Of a stretch of DNA of 64,000 bases, positions 54,927-64,000 are shown in pieces. Source of the DNA: Thermocrinis sp. (GTDB lineage Bacteria; Aquificota; Aquificia; Aquificales; Aquificaceae); NCBI GenBank assembly GCA_028276475.1, contig JAPYWH010000002.1:9652-73651 (forward strand), written 5' to 3'. The notes under the pieces are model-generated. The model was not told the DNA's origin and did no database searches. It saw only the letters and a program-made list of their open reading frames with translations. How positions within the stretch are numbered: the stretch's first letter is position 1; the number at the start of each line of letters is the position of its first letter. The translations under genes and the position numbers were made by a program.

Positions 54927-57900
54927 CTTGATCCTATCAAAGGTCTCGTAAAGAACGGGCAGTAGGAACAGACTTAGAGGAAGACCGGTAAAGATGCCAC
55001 CTATGACCACCAGGGCTAAGGGCTTTCTTAGCTCTGCACCGGCGGTAAGCCCCAAAGCTACGGGCAACAGCGCGGAAACTATGGTTATGGTGGTCATCAG
55101 AATGGGTCTTAGCCTTTCCCTTCTTGCCTGAAGGATGGCTTCCCTTGTTTGGAGTCCCTCCTTCCTAAGTTGGATTATTCTCTCAATGAACAGCACCGCG
55201 TCCCTGACTATGATCCCAACCAACAGTATCACGCCAAAGTAGGAGGGAACGCTCAGAGAGGTATTTGTAAGTATCAAAAGACCAAAGGCGCCCATAACCG
55301 CCAAGGGCACCATCACGAGCACCGTAAAGGGATGCCTGTAGCTCTCAAAGAGGGACGCCAAAACCATATAAACGCCCACCAAAGCAAAGATGAGGGCAAA
55401 GCCAAGCCCTTGGAAGGAACGGGCAAACTCCTTTGCCTGACCTGTTGCCTCAAAGGTATAGCCGGGGGGAAGGTTAGCCCTGAGCCATCCTTCAAGCTCC
55501 GCCACCGCATCCGCCAAAGACTTTTCACCAGAGAGGTTGGCAAAAAAGGAAAAAGAATACTGCCTGTTGTATCTGTTTAGCACCTGATAGCCGGTGGCTT
55601 CTTGCACCTCCACCACCTCCGTTAAGGGCACCAGCTCGCCCCTAAAGTTCTTCAGATAGACCTTTTTTAGGTTTTCTGTGCTCTGCACAAACTCAGGGAC
55701 CGCCTTTACATAAAGGTTGTAGCTCTCGGAACCGAGCTCGTAGGTGCCCAGCTGGAATTTACCAAAGAGGACGTTAAGGGTTTTGGAAACCTGCTCTACG
55801 CCCAGCCCAAGGTCTGCCAGTTTTTCCCTCTTTACCTTCACGTGCACTTGGGGTTCGTTTAACCTCAGGTCTGTGTCTATGTCCCTGTAGCCTGGCTTTC
55901 CTCTGAACTCTGCTATTAATCTTTCAGAGATCCTTTGAAGTTCCTCTATGTCCGGACCCTTTATTACATACTGCAGGTCCACCTGCCTACCGCCCGCCGG
56001 ACCCACAATGCCCGCAGACTCCACGCTTACCCTGATGTCCTTTATCTTTGCCAACTCCCTCCTCATCATCTCCATCACTTCCCTCTGGTGTGGTCTTTTA
56101 CTCCTATCCACCAGATAGACAAAGGATAAACCACCATTGACGGTGGGTCTGCCCGCCACCCCCTGCCCCATAGCCAAGCCAAAACGATCCACATAAGGAT
56201 TTTTCCTGATGACTTCCTCCACCTCTTTGGTTTTTTGCTCCGTATATTCAAAGGAAGAACCCACGGGCGTTTCAAACCTTACCAAAAACCTCCCTTCATC
56301 CACCAGAGGGAAGAACTCCTTCTTTACCGCCTTCAAAAGCTGAAAGCCAATTAACACGCTTACAAGAGAAAGACCCACCACCACCAGCTTGTGCTCCAAG
56401 GACCACCTTAAAAGCTTGTCAAAGAAAGCCTCAAAGCGGGCGTAAGCCCTCGTAAATGGGTTTTCCTCCACTACCCTATCCACCAGACGGGCAACAGCCA
56501 TAGGCGTAAAGCTTATGGCCACCAAGTAAGAGAGGGCTATGGCTACGATCAAGGTTAAAGCAAAGCTTCCAAAGAGTTTGCCCACCACTCCCTTCAGGAA
56601 CACTATGGGAATGAACACGATCACCAAAGAGGCAGTGGATGCAAGGAGGGCAAACACCACCACACGGGTCCCTTTTATTGCGGACTCCACAGGCGACAGG
56701 TCCTCCTCCCTTCTCCTTCTGTATATGCTCTCTAACACCACTATGGCGTCGTCTATGACTATGCCAACAGCCACCGCAAGGGCAAGTAATGTAAAGGTGT
56801 TCAAAGACTGCCCAGTTTGGTACAGGAAAAAGACCGTTCCCAAAAGGGTTATCGGTATGGCGAATATGGGCACAAGGGTTAGCCTTAAGCTTCCAAGGAA
56901 GAAATAGACCACCACTGCGGTTAAAAGGCTTCCTATGATGATCTCCTCTATGGCTGCCCTGACGCTGTCCTTGACGAAGACGCTTGAATCAAAGGTGATG
57001 TCCATACGCATGCCGGGAGGCAGTTGTCTGTTCCACTCCTCCATTCTCTGCTTGATCCTGTCTGCGGTTGCCACCGTGTTGGTTTTTGACTGCTTGTATA
57101 TGATAAGGGCAACCGCCTGCTCTCCCATGAACCTTGCCATTCCCCTTTTTTCGTCCTCTCCAAACTCCGCATAGCCCACATCCCTGAGCTTCAAGTTTGG
57201 AGTGATGGCGACCTCTTCAAGCTCCTTTGCATCCTTTGCCTTGCCGTAAAACCTTATTATGTACTCCCTTTCTTTGCCGTAGATGGCGCCCGCGGGTGCT
57301 TCCAGATGGTTCTTGGCGATAGCATCTATTACATCCTGGATGGAGAGGTTCCTTGAGTATAATTTTTGTGGGTCTATCCTAACCCACATCACATTGTCCC
57401 TAAAGCCTCCCAAATCCACCTGCCCTACGCCATCTATCCGCTCAAAGTCCCTTTTTATGACCTTGTCTGCCCAGTAGGCTAAGGTCTGATAGTCTGCAGT
57501 TTTTGAATGAAGCAGGATTGCCATTATTGGCGCTAAGGATGTATCCACCTTTCTGACCACGGGCGGGTCCACACCCTCTGGGAGCCTTCTCATAGCCCTT
57601 TGAACTGCATCCCTAACCTCCTGCGCTGCAACATCTATGTCCTTCTCAAGGGAAAAGGAGATGGTGATCCGGGATGTGCCAGAAAAACTCTGAGAAGTTA
57701 TGGCTTCTATACCGCTTATGGTGGATATTTGGTCCTCTATTACCCTTGTTACGTTCACATCCACCACGCTTGGGTCTGCCCCTGGGTAGGTGGTTGTTAT
57801 TGAAACAGTAGGAAAATCTACATCGGGCAGTCTGTCTATGGGAATGTTCCGCAGTGAATACAGACCCAAGAGGATAAAAGAGAGCATAAACATCCAGGAG

Positions 57901-57932
57901 GTGACGGGTCTAGCTATGAAAAATTTATACAT
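54903..57932 (-). CDS. RND efflux transporter (AcrB/AcrD/AcrF family)
   Basis: 'FIARPV', 'PDVDFP', 'GIVIDDAIVVLE', 'RLRPILMTT'. Confidence 0.95.
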   Translation of the reverse strand: MYKFFIARPVTSWMFMLSFILLGLYSLRNIPIDRLPDVDFPTVSITTTYPGADPSVVDVNVTRVIEDQISTISGIEAITSQSFSGTSRITISFSLEKDIDVAAQEVRDAVQRAMRRLPEGVDPPVVRKVDTSLAPIMAILLHSKTADYQTLAYWADKVIKRDFERIDGVGQVDLGGFRDNVMWVRIDPQKLYSRNLSIQDVIDAIAKNHLEAPAGAIYGKEREYIIRFYGKAKDAKELEEVAITPNLKLRDVGYAEFGEDEKRGMARFMGEQAVALIIYKQSKTNTVATADRIKQRMEEWNRQLPPGMRMDITFDSSVFVKDSVRAAIEEIIIGSLLTAVVVYFFLGSLRLTLVPIFAIPITLLGTVFFLYQTGQSLNTFTLLALAVAVGIVIDDAIVVLESIYRRRREEDLSPVESAIKGTRVVVFALLASTASLVIVFIPIVFLKGVVGKLFGSFALTLIVAIALSYLVAISFTPMAVARLVDRVVEENPFTRAYARFEAFFDKLLRWSLEHKLVVVGLSLVSVLIGFQLLKAVKKEFFPLVDEGRFLVRFETPVGSSFEYTEQKTKEVEEVIRKNPYVDRFGLAMGQGVAGRPTVNGGLSFVYLVDRSKRPHQREVMEMMRRELAKIKDIRVSVESAGIVGPAGGRQVDLQYVIKGPDIEELQRISERLIAEFRGKPGYRDIDTDLRLNEPQVHVKVKREKLADLGLGVEQVSKTLNVLFGKFQLGTYELGSESYNLYVKAVPEFVQSTENLKKVYLKNFRGELVPLTEVVEVQEATGYQVLNRYNRQYSFSFFANLSGEKSLADAVAELEGWLRANLPPGYTFEATGQAKEFARSFQGLGFALIFALVGVYMVLASLFESYRHPFTVLVMVPLAVMGAFGLLILTNTSLSVPSYFGVILLVGIIVRDAVLFIERIIQLRKEGLQTREAILQARRERLRPILMTTITIVSALLPVALGLTAGAELRKPLALVVIGGIFTGLPLSLFLLPVLYETFDRIKLRKKESL

Positions 57933-57965
57933 AGGGTTATTATAACTGACCGACCAGTCGGTATA

Positions 57966-59024
57966 TTAGAGTTCTATGAGCTTTAACACCTCCTCCAAAA
58001 CTGGTGGTAAGCTTATGGGCTGTTGGCATACCTTCATGGCGGTGTCTGGGTCCTTTAGCCCATTGCCCGTCAGGGTGCATACCACCACCTCCCCCCCTTT
58101 AAAGAACCCTTCCCTGCAGAGCTTTATTAACCCAGCTACCGATGCGGCGGAGGCAGGCTCGCAGAAGATCCCCTCCTTTGAAGCTACCAACTTGTAGGCG
58201 TAGAGTATTTCGTCGTCGCTAACCGCATCAATGAGCCCTCCCGATTCCCTTGAAGCCTGCAGGGCGGATTGCCAGCTGTAGGGATTTCCGATCTTTATGG
58301 CGGTGGCTATGGTTTGTGGGTTTTTTATAGGGTAGCCCTTCACTATGGGCGCAGCACCCTCCGCTTGCCAGCCCATCATCTTGGGCAGTTTTTCAACCTT
58401 TCCCCTTTGGAAATATTCCTTGTAGCCCTTCCAGTAGGCGGTGATGTTGCCCGCGTTGCCCACGGGTATAAAGTGATAATCGGGTGCAAATCCAAGGGCA
58501 TCGCAAACCTCAAAGGCTCCTGTCTTTTGCCCTTCAATACGGTAAGGATTTACAGAATTTACCACCTCCACCGGCAAAATCTCTCCGAGCTTTCGGACAA
58601 TCTCCAAGGCGTCGTCAAAGGTCCCCTGAAGGGCGATCACCTGTGCCCCATAGATCACCGCCTGGGAGAGCTTTCCCAATGCTACCGCACCCTTCGGCAA
58701 AAGCACATAAGCTTTGAGCCCAGCCTTTGCAGCGTACGCGGCGGCAGAAGCGGAGGTGTTCCCCGTAGATGCGCATATAACCGCCCTCTTTCCAGCTTCC
58801 ACCGCCTTAGAAATAGCCAAGGTCATGCCCCTGTCCTTAAAGGAACCCGTAGGGTTTAGTCCCTCGTACTTTAAGAATATCTCCCCCTTAAAACCGATCT
58901 CCCTTGCCAAGTTTTGGGCGTGCACCAGGGGAGTGTTTCCCTCATAGAGGGTGATAACTGGAGTGTTTTCGTCCACCGGCAGGTATTCTCTGTAATGGTG
59001 TATGATACCTTTCCAATAATCCAT
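57966..59024 (-). CDS. thrC: Threonine synthase
   Basis: 'EGNTPL', 'NPTGSFKDRG', 'ASTGNTSASAAAY', 'TGNGLKDPD'. Confidence 0.96.
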   Translation of the reverse strand: MDYWKGIIHHYREYLPVDENTPVITLYEGNTPLVHAQNLAREIGFKGEIFLKYEGLNPTGSFKDRGMTLAISKAVEAGKRAVICASTGNTSASAAAYAAKAGLKAYVLLPKGAVALGKLSQAVIYGAQVIALQGTFDDALEIVRKLGEILPVEVVNSVNPYRIEGQKTGAFEVCDALGFAPDYHFIPVGNAGNITAYWKGYKEYFQRGKVEKLPKMMGWQAEGAAPIVKGYPIKNPQTIATAIKIGNPYSWQSALQASRESGGLIDAVSDDEILYAYKLVASKEGIFCEPASAASVAGLIKLCREGFFKGGEVVVCTLTGNGLKDPDTAMKVCQQPISLPPVLEEVLKLIEL

Positions 59025-59068
59025 GAGCAAGCTACACAATAATTATAACCCGTGATAATATTGCCCTA

Positions 59069-59902
59069 ATGGCTAAGCCTCTTTTAGTTTTGGGCAGAAC
59101 CCACCAACTGAAGGCGCTTTTAAGAAGGGCAAACCTCCATACTGTCTGCGAAGAATCCCGATGTCCCAACATTTCCCAATGCTTTGGTTCCGGCACCGCC
59201 ACCTTTATGATCCTTGGAAATCAATGCACAAGGACTTGCAGTTTTTGCAACCTAAAGAGGGGAAATCCGGAGCCCTTGGACCCAGAGGAGCCCTACCGCC
59301 TTTTGGAGGCGGTTAAGACTTTGAACCTCAGGTATGTGGTGATCACCTCTCCCACCAGGGATGACCTGGAGGACGGTGGGGCGGGACAGTTTGCCAGATG
59401 CATAAGGGTCTTAAAGGAGAACCTCCAAAACATCAAGGTGGAGGTGCTTGTGCCTGATTTTGGTGGCTCTCACCAAGCCCTAAAAACTGTCCTCTTGGCA
59501 GAGCCCGATGTGTTGGCACACAATGTGGAAACGGTGCCAAGGCTATATCATAGGGTCAGAAAGGGTGCGGATTACCAAAGGAGCTTAGAGCTTTTAAAAA
59601 GGGCAAAGGAATTCAACCCAAACATCATAACCAAGTCCGCCCTCATCCTGGGCTTTGGAGAAAGGGAAGAAGAGATCGTGGAAGTTATGAAAGATCTAAG
59701 AAGGATGGGATGTGATGTGCTAACCATTGGGCAGTATTACCAACCTTCTAAAAGGCATCACCCCGTGGTTAAGCTTTACACCCAAGAGGAGTTTGAAAGG
59801 TTAAAAGAGATTGCCCTCAGCCTTGGCTTTAGCGGTGTCTTTAGTGGTCCCAATGTTAGGAACTCCTACATGGCAGAGAGTGTGTTTTATAATTATCTTT
59901 GA
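59069..59902 (+). CDS. lipA: Lipoyl synthase
   Basis: 'CEESRCPNISQC', 'CTRTCSFC', 'HNVETV', 'RNSY'. Confidence 0.96.
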   Translation: MAKPLLVLGRTHQLKALLRRANLHTVCEESRCPNISQCFGSGTATFMILGNQCTRTCSFCNLKRGNPEPLDPEEPYRLLEAVKTLNLRYVVITSPTRDDLEDGGAGQFARCIRVLKENLQNIKVEVLVPDFGGSHQALKTVLLAEPDVLAHNVETVPRLYHRVRKGADYQRSLELLKRAKEFNPNIITKSALILGFGEREEEIVEVMKDLRRMGCDVLTIGQYYQPSKRHHPVVKLYTQEEFERLKEIALSLGFSGVFSGPNVRNSYMAESVFYNYL

Positions 59903-60327
59903 TGGTAAGCTTAGAGATTGATTACATCTACTTTGCAGAGTTGGAAATGCTCCTGAACTATGGGGTCGGCTATCCTAACTTTATCATTTCCCTGAGGGAG
60001 AGGATCCATCAGGAGGGTTTGGAGGAGAGCCCTTATGTGATAAAGGCAGACAGAAAACTCTTTCAAAACGTGCATAGGTTCATAGAGCTCATGGAATCCA
60101 GCGATGAGCCCTTGGAGGATGACGAGAGCCAACCCATAGAAAAATGGTGGTGGCATTTGCATAAGGTTGCGAAGGGCAAGTATCCGAGCCTAAAACTAAA
60201 GGAATATCTAAGGGAAATTTATAGGAAGAGAAGAAAGCACTGGAGACAAAAAAGCAAAGAAAACCACCTTCTGCTGGAGGACCTAAAGAGCAAACCCAAG
60301 TATCTTTCCTTCCTATGGAAGAGATAA
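59902..60327 (+). CDS. Hypothetical protein
   Basis: TGATG-coupled to lipA; 'PIEKWWWHL' motif. Confidence 0.6.
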   Translation: MVSLEIDYIYFAELEMLLNYGVGYPNFIISLRERIHQEGLEESPYVIKADRKLFQNVHRFIELMESSDEPLEDDESQPIEKWWWHLHKVAKGKYPSLKLKEYLREIYRKRRKHWRQKSKENHLLLEDLKSKPKYLSFLWKR

Positions 60328-61406
60328 AAAGGCTCAGGGCTGAAATTGATGTTATAGATGAAGAAATTCTAAAGCTACTCAACAAAAGGGCTAAACTTGC
60401 CAAGTCCATTGGGGAAATAAAAAAACAGCTCAACTTGGAGATCCACTCGCCGGAGAGGGAAAGGGAGGTTGTAGATAGACTGGTGAAGCTGAACAAGGAA
60501 CTCTATGGAGAAGAGTTTCCTTCAGAAGCGGTAAAGCATGTCTTTAGGGAGATTATGTCCGCGTGCCTTTCTTTGGAAAAAGAGCTAAGGGTGGCATACC
60601 TTGGACCAAAGGCAACCTTTACCCATCAAGCGAGCTTGGAACACTTTGGACTTTCTGCCTATTATGTGCCCGCCCCCACCATAAGGGATGTTTTTATAGA
60701 GGTTGAAACGGAAAGGGTAGATTACGGCGTGGTTCCAGTGGAAAACACCACGGAGGGAGTGGTCAATTACACCTTGGACATGTTCTTAGAATTTAGCGTC
60801 AAGATCGTGGGGGAGGTGGTAATACCCATAAAGCTACACCTTCTTTCAACGGGCAGAAGCTTGGAAGAGATAAAGGAGGTCTATTCCCACAGGCAAGCAC
60901 TTGCCCAGTGCAGAAACTGGCTTGAAAAGAACCTACCTCACGCCAAGCTAATAGAGACCGACAGCACCGCAAGGGCATGCGAGATCGTTCTGGAAAAGGA
61001 GGGAAGCGCCGCAATAGCCAGCGAGGTTGCGTCTTACACCTATCACCTAAACATACTGGCGGAGAATATCCAAGACAGCCTCAACAACTACACGCGCTTT
61101 TTGGTGCTCGGCAAAAGGGATATGAAGAGAACGGGCAAAGATAAAACTAGCCTTCTCTTTGCAGTCAGGGATGAGGCAGGAGCCCTTTATAAAGCCCTGG
61201 AGAGTTTTTACAGATACGAAGTAAATCTTACAAAGATTGAATCAAGACCATCAAGGAAAAAGGCTTGGGATTATGTCTTTTTTGCAGACCTGGAGGGACA
61301 CCTTGAGGACGAGAACGTGAGGTTAGCCCTTGAGATGCTAAAGGAGAGAACCCAGATGGTAAAGGTATTAGGCTCTTACCCTAGGGCTATCACCGAAGAG
61401 GGCTAA
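60315..61406 (+). CDS. pheA: Chorismate mutase/prephenate dehydratase
   Basis: 'LRAEIDVIDEEI', 'PVENTTEG', 'NYTRF', ACT 'KIESRP'. Confidence 0.96.
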   Translation: MEEIKRLRAEIDVIDEEILKLLNKRAKLAKSIGEIKKQLNLEIHSPEREREVVDRLVKLNKELYGEEFPSEAVKHVFREIMSACLSLEKELRVAYLGPKATFTHQASLEHFGLSAYYVPAPTIRDVFIEVETERVDYGVVPVENTTEGVVNYTLDMFLEFSVKIVGEVVIPIKLHLLSTGRSLEEIKEVYSHRQALAQCRNWLEKNLPHAKLIETDSTARACEIVLEKEGSAAIASEVASYTYHLNILAENIQDSLNNYTRFLVLGKRDMKRTGKDKTSLLFAVRDEAGALYKALESFYRYEVNLTKIESRPSRKKAWDYVFFADLEGHLEDENVRLALEMLKERTQMVKVLGSYPRAITEEG

Positions 61407-62252
61407 CTCTCTGAGCATTTTTCTCTTGTGCTCTTCACCCAAGGCGGGCTCAAGGTAAGTGCCATCCAGCCTCAAGCCCACTGGCGTGCCCCTTTTTGAA
61501 TACTCCAAGACCAGATAGGCTAACTTTGAAAGCTTATCCTCTAAGCCACCATCCACCATATCCAAGCTGAGAACCACCGGCGGGCTCTCCTCCGCCAAAA
61601 AGTCCTTAACGTAGAGCTTTCCAACCTTTGCGGACAACTTCCAGTGAATGAGCTTTACGGGCTCTCCCATATACTCCCTAACAGACTGAAGATGCTCATA
61701 ACCTTTTCTTCTTCCAACGGTTAGCCATTCTCCCCTCTGCAAACCCTCCACCCTTATCCTCTTTGAAACAGCCATAGGGTAAGGATAAACCACCAAGCTT
61801 ACGGGAACATCCATGTGGAAGAACCTCTCAAAGAGCCCTACGGGAAAGGAGGAGGAAACCCTAACGGATAGTTTGTCATAATAGCCCCTCCTTGGAAACT
61901 TTAAGGTTATAGAACCTACCTCCTCCTTTTTCAGAATGGGAAAGAAAGCCCTTGAGCCCTGTGCCTCCACCAAAAGGGTAAAGGAGGGAAATCTCTTTTG
62001 ATTTTTTAGGATAAGCCTAAAGTTCTCAGCCTTTTGGGCATAAACCTCCTTGGGCGGGACAAGTTCAAGGCTTAAACCCCTCAGGTTATAAAGGGAGAGC
62101 ATGCCCGAGAGTAGCATAAAGGAGAGCAAAAAGGAGACCACCAAATAGAGCAGATTGTTGGAGGTATTTACCGCGGATACGCCAAGGAATATGGTCACTC
62201 CCGTGAAAAAGATGCCCGCCCTATTGACCTTGACCCTGTATCTTCGAACCAT
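61368..62252 (-). CDS. DUF58 domain membrane protein
   Basis: N-terminal TMs '[10 protein letters not shown]', 'FPRRG', '[19 protein letters not shown]'. Confidence 0.85.
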   Translation of the reverse strand: MVRRYRVKVNRAGIFFTGVTIFLGVSAVNTSNNLLYLVVSFLLSFMLLSGMLSLYNLRGLSLELVPPKEVYAQKAENFRLILKNQKRFPSFTLLVEAQGSRAFFPILKKEEVGSITLKFPRRGYYDKLSVRVSSSFPVGLFERFFHMDVPVSLVVYPYPMAVSKRIRVEGLQRGEWLTVGRRKGYEHLQSVREYMGEPVKLIHWKLSAKVGKLYVKDFLAEESPPVVLSLDMVDGGLEDKLSKLAYLVLEYSKRGTPVGLRLDGTYLEPALGEEHKRKMLRELALFGDSPRVRA

Positions 62253-63093
62253 CCTTAGCGAAATAGGAGAGCATCTCTATGGGCAGTGGTATAAGAACCG
62301 TGTTTCCGGGTTTTGAGACCACATTCTGTATGGTTTCTAAGTATCTTAGCTGTAGGGCTAAGGGCTGAGACGCAAGGATCTGGGCTGCGTCTGCCAACTT
62401 CTGCGCCGCTTGGTATTCTGCCTCTGCGGTTATGATCTTTGCCCTCCTTTCCCTTTCCGCCTCTGCCTGCCTTGCCATGGCACGCCTTAGCTCCTCCGGA
62501 AGGTCAATCCTTTTGAGCTCCACCGCCACCACCTTTACACCCCACGGGTCCGTTTGCCTGTCTATGATCTCCTGAAGCTGTAAGTTTAGCCTTTCCCTCT
62601 CTGAGAGAAGTTCATCCAGCTCCACCGCACCGCAGACGCTTCTGAGGGTAGTTTGGGCTATCTGGGAGGTGGCATACTGATAATTTTCCACCTCTACTAT
62701 TGCCCTTACCGGGTCCACTACCCTAAAATAAACCACCGCATCCACGCTAACAGACACATTGTCCCTTGTGATGATGTCTTGGGTGGGCACATCCAAGGTG
62801 ACAGTCCGAAGGTCCACCCTTACCATTTTGTCTATTATGGGAACCAGTATAAAGAGACCAGGTCCCTTGGCACCTATGACCCTTCCCAAACGGAATATAA
62901 CCGCCCTCTGATACTCGGGCACGATCTTTAGGGAAGTAGCCAAAAAGATAACCACCAGTATGGCTATTACTATAAGTGGTGAAAAACCCATGACTAAACC
63001 TCCCAAAGCTTTTAAAACCTCTCCCCCAAAGATGGAAAGGAGAACAATGCCTAAAAAGATTATAAAGGGTATAAGGTCAAGGATGCCCTTCAT
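62221..63093 (-). CDS. SPFH/stomatin (slipin) family protein
   Basis: '[12 protein letters not shown]', 'ITRDNVSV', 'AQTTLRS', 'AEAERERRA'. Confidence 0.93.
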   Translation of the reverse strand: MKGILDLIPFIIFLGIVLLSIFGGEVLKALGGLVMGFSPLIVIAILVVIFLATSLKIVPEYQRAVIFRLGRVIGAKGPGLFILVPIIDKMVRVDLRTVTLDVPTQDIITRDNVSVSVDAVVYFRVVDPVRAIVEVENYQYATSQIAQTTLRSVCGAVELDELLSERERLNLQLQEIIDRQTDPWGVKVVAVELKRIDLPEELRRAMARQAEAERERRAKIITAEAEYQAAQKLADAAQILASQPLALQLRYLETIQNVVSKPGNTVLIPLPIEMLSYFAKDGSKIQGQGQ

Positions 63094-63094
63094 T

Positions 63095-64000
63095 TCAAAC
63101 CTCCGTCCCACCCAAGGCTAAGGACTTGACCCTTATGGTGGGTTGGGCATCTGAGACGGGCACCCCCTGTCCATCTTTACCGCAGGTGCCAATGCTCCAG
63201 CCCAGGTCCCATCCCACTCCGTCCACATCCTGAAGAACCTTTGGACCGTTGCCGATCAAGGTGGCAGACCTTATGGGATAGGTGATCTCTCCGTTCTCTA
63301 TCATATACCCTTCCATGATCTCAAAGACAAAGTCTCCGGTCACCGTATTCACCTCCCCTCCACCCATTTTAACCACAAAAACACCCCTTTTTGTATCCCT
63401 TATTATATCCTCCGGGTTATCCTTACCGGCGTCTATGTAGGTGTTGGTCATACGCACCATGGGGATGTGGGCGTAGCTTTGTCTTCTGCCGTTTCCTGTG
63501 GAGCTTTTACCCTCCCTCATAGCGCTTAGCCGATCATACATATATCCCACCAAGTAGCCCTTATCTATAAGAACTGTCCTTTGGGAAGGCACTCCTTCGT
63601 CATCCACCACAAAGTGTCCGTTTTTTCCCACAATAGAGCCATCGTCTATAACGGTGATCAGCTCGCTGGCAACCTTCTGCCCCAGCTTTCCCTTATACAC
63701 AGAGAGCCCCTTTTGCACCAGGTCCGCCTCCAAGCCATGTCCAACCGCCTCGTGGATCATGGTTCCACCCGCCTCTCCCGAAAGCACCACGGTAAATTGC
63801 CCCGCAGGGGCAGGTTTTGCAGAGAGCATCAAAATCGCCCTCTTGGCAGACTTTTCCGCCACCAGCTCTGGAGGTGTTTCCTCAAAAATTTCAAAGCCCT
63901 TTGTGCCACCCACAGACTCATAACCCCTCTGTAGAGTGCTTCCGTCGCTTGCCACTACCTCCACAAAGAAAACCACCCTCTTTTGTAGGTCATCCGCCCA
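63095..64000 (-). CDS. tldD: TldD/PmbA family metalloprotease, 5'-partial
   Basis: '[11 protein letters not shown]', 'GNGRRQSY', 'RMTNTY', 'CGKDGQ.VPV..AQPT'. Confidence 0.92.
   Translation of the reverse strand, partial: WADDLQKRVVFFVEVVASDGSTLQRGYESVGGTKGFEIFEETPPELVAEKSAKRAILMLSAKPAPAGQFTVVLSGEAGGTMIHEAVGHGLEADLVQKGLSVYKGKLGQKVASELITVIDDGSIVGKNGHFVVDDEGVPSQRTVLIDKGYLVGYMYDRLSAMREGKSSTGNGRRQSYAHIPMVRMTNTYIDAGKDNPEDIIRDTKRGVFVVKMGGGEVNTVTGDFVFEIMEGYMIENGEITYPIRSATLIGNGPKVLQDVDGVGWDLGWSIGTCGKDGQGVPVSDAQPTIRVKSLALGGTEV

Noticed and set aside
1-64000. Numerous 60-230 aa antisense or alternate-frame ORFs in the track (e.g. 39785-40483, 58269-58859, 2155-2724, 41695-42213)
   Set aside because: They are shadows of well-supported genes on the opposite strand or frame, with no motifs or SD.
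1-64000. CRISPR array, rRNA, prophage or integrase, autonomous transposase
   Set aside because: No periodic repeat-spacer structure or corresponding genes were seen.

Overview
Gene-dense (~46% GC by eye) bacterial chromosome segment whose proteins point to Aquificaceae (Thermocrinis/Hydrogenobacter-like): citryl-CoA synthetase ccsAB, tandem [4Fe-4S] ferredoxins, RNase HIII, Aquifex-type YbeY and L31. It is mostly housekeeping (truA, dnaG, prfA, rpmE, rnr, folC, hisC, dnaX, pyrB, tkt, folE, holB, metF, thrC, lipA, pheA). It also holds an energy-metabolism block (acs with an acetate-type symporter, petABC, sucD, fdx1/2, soeABC sulfite dehydrogenase, ccsAB) and one tRNA-CAT gene (probably Ile2). 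No CRISPR array, rRNA, prophage or transposase was seen. The most interesting signals lie outside the ORF track. (1) Two copies of an apparently non-autonomous TIR element (49900-50206 with a perfect 11-bp target duplication; 52828-53077) carry a structured RNA-like core whose helices show compensatory changes between the copies. (2) The soeA-soeB interval contains a nonsense-mutated Uma2 nuclease and a 443-bp tandem duplication of a stand-alone CZB gene, with a fossil soeB start and a gene-conversion-like tract. (3) A CsbD/YjbJ-like repeat gene is split by a frameshift. (4) dnaX carries an E. coli-like -1 frameshift cassette. (5) The acetate-type symporter is 5'-truncated. (6) Several genes look leaderless. 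All alignments and folds were done by eye.
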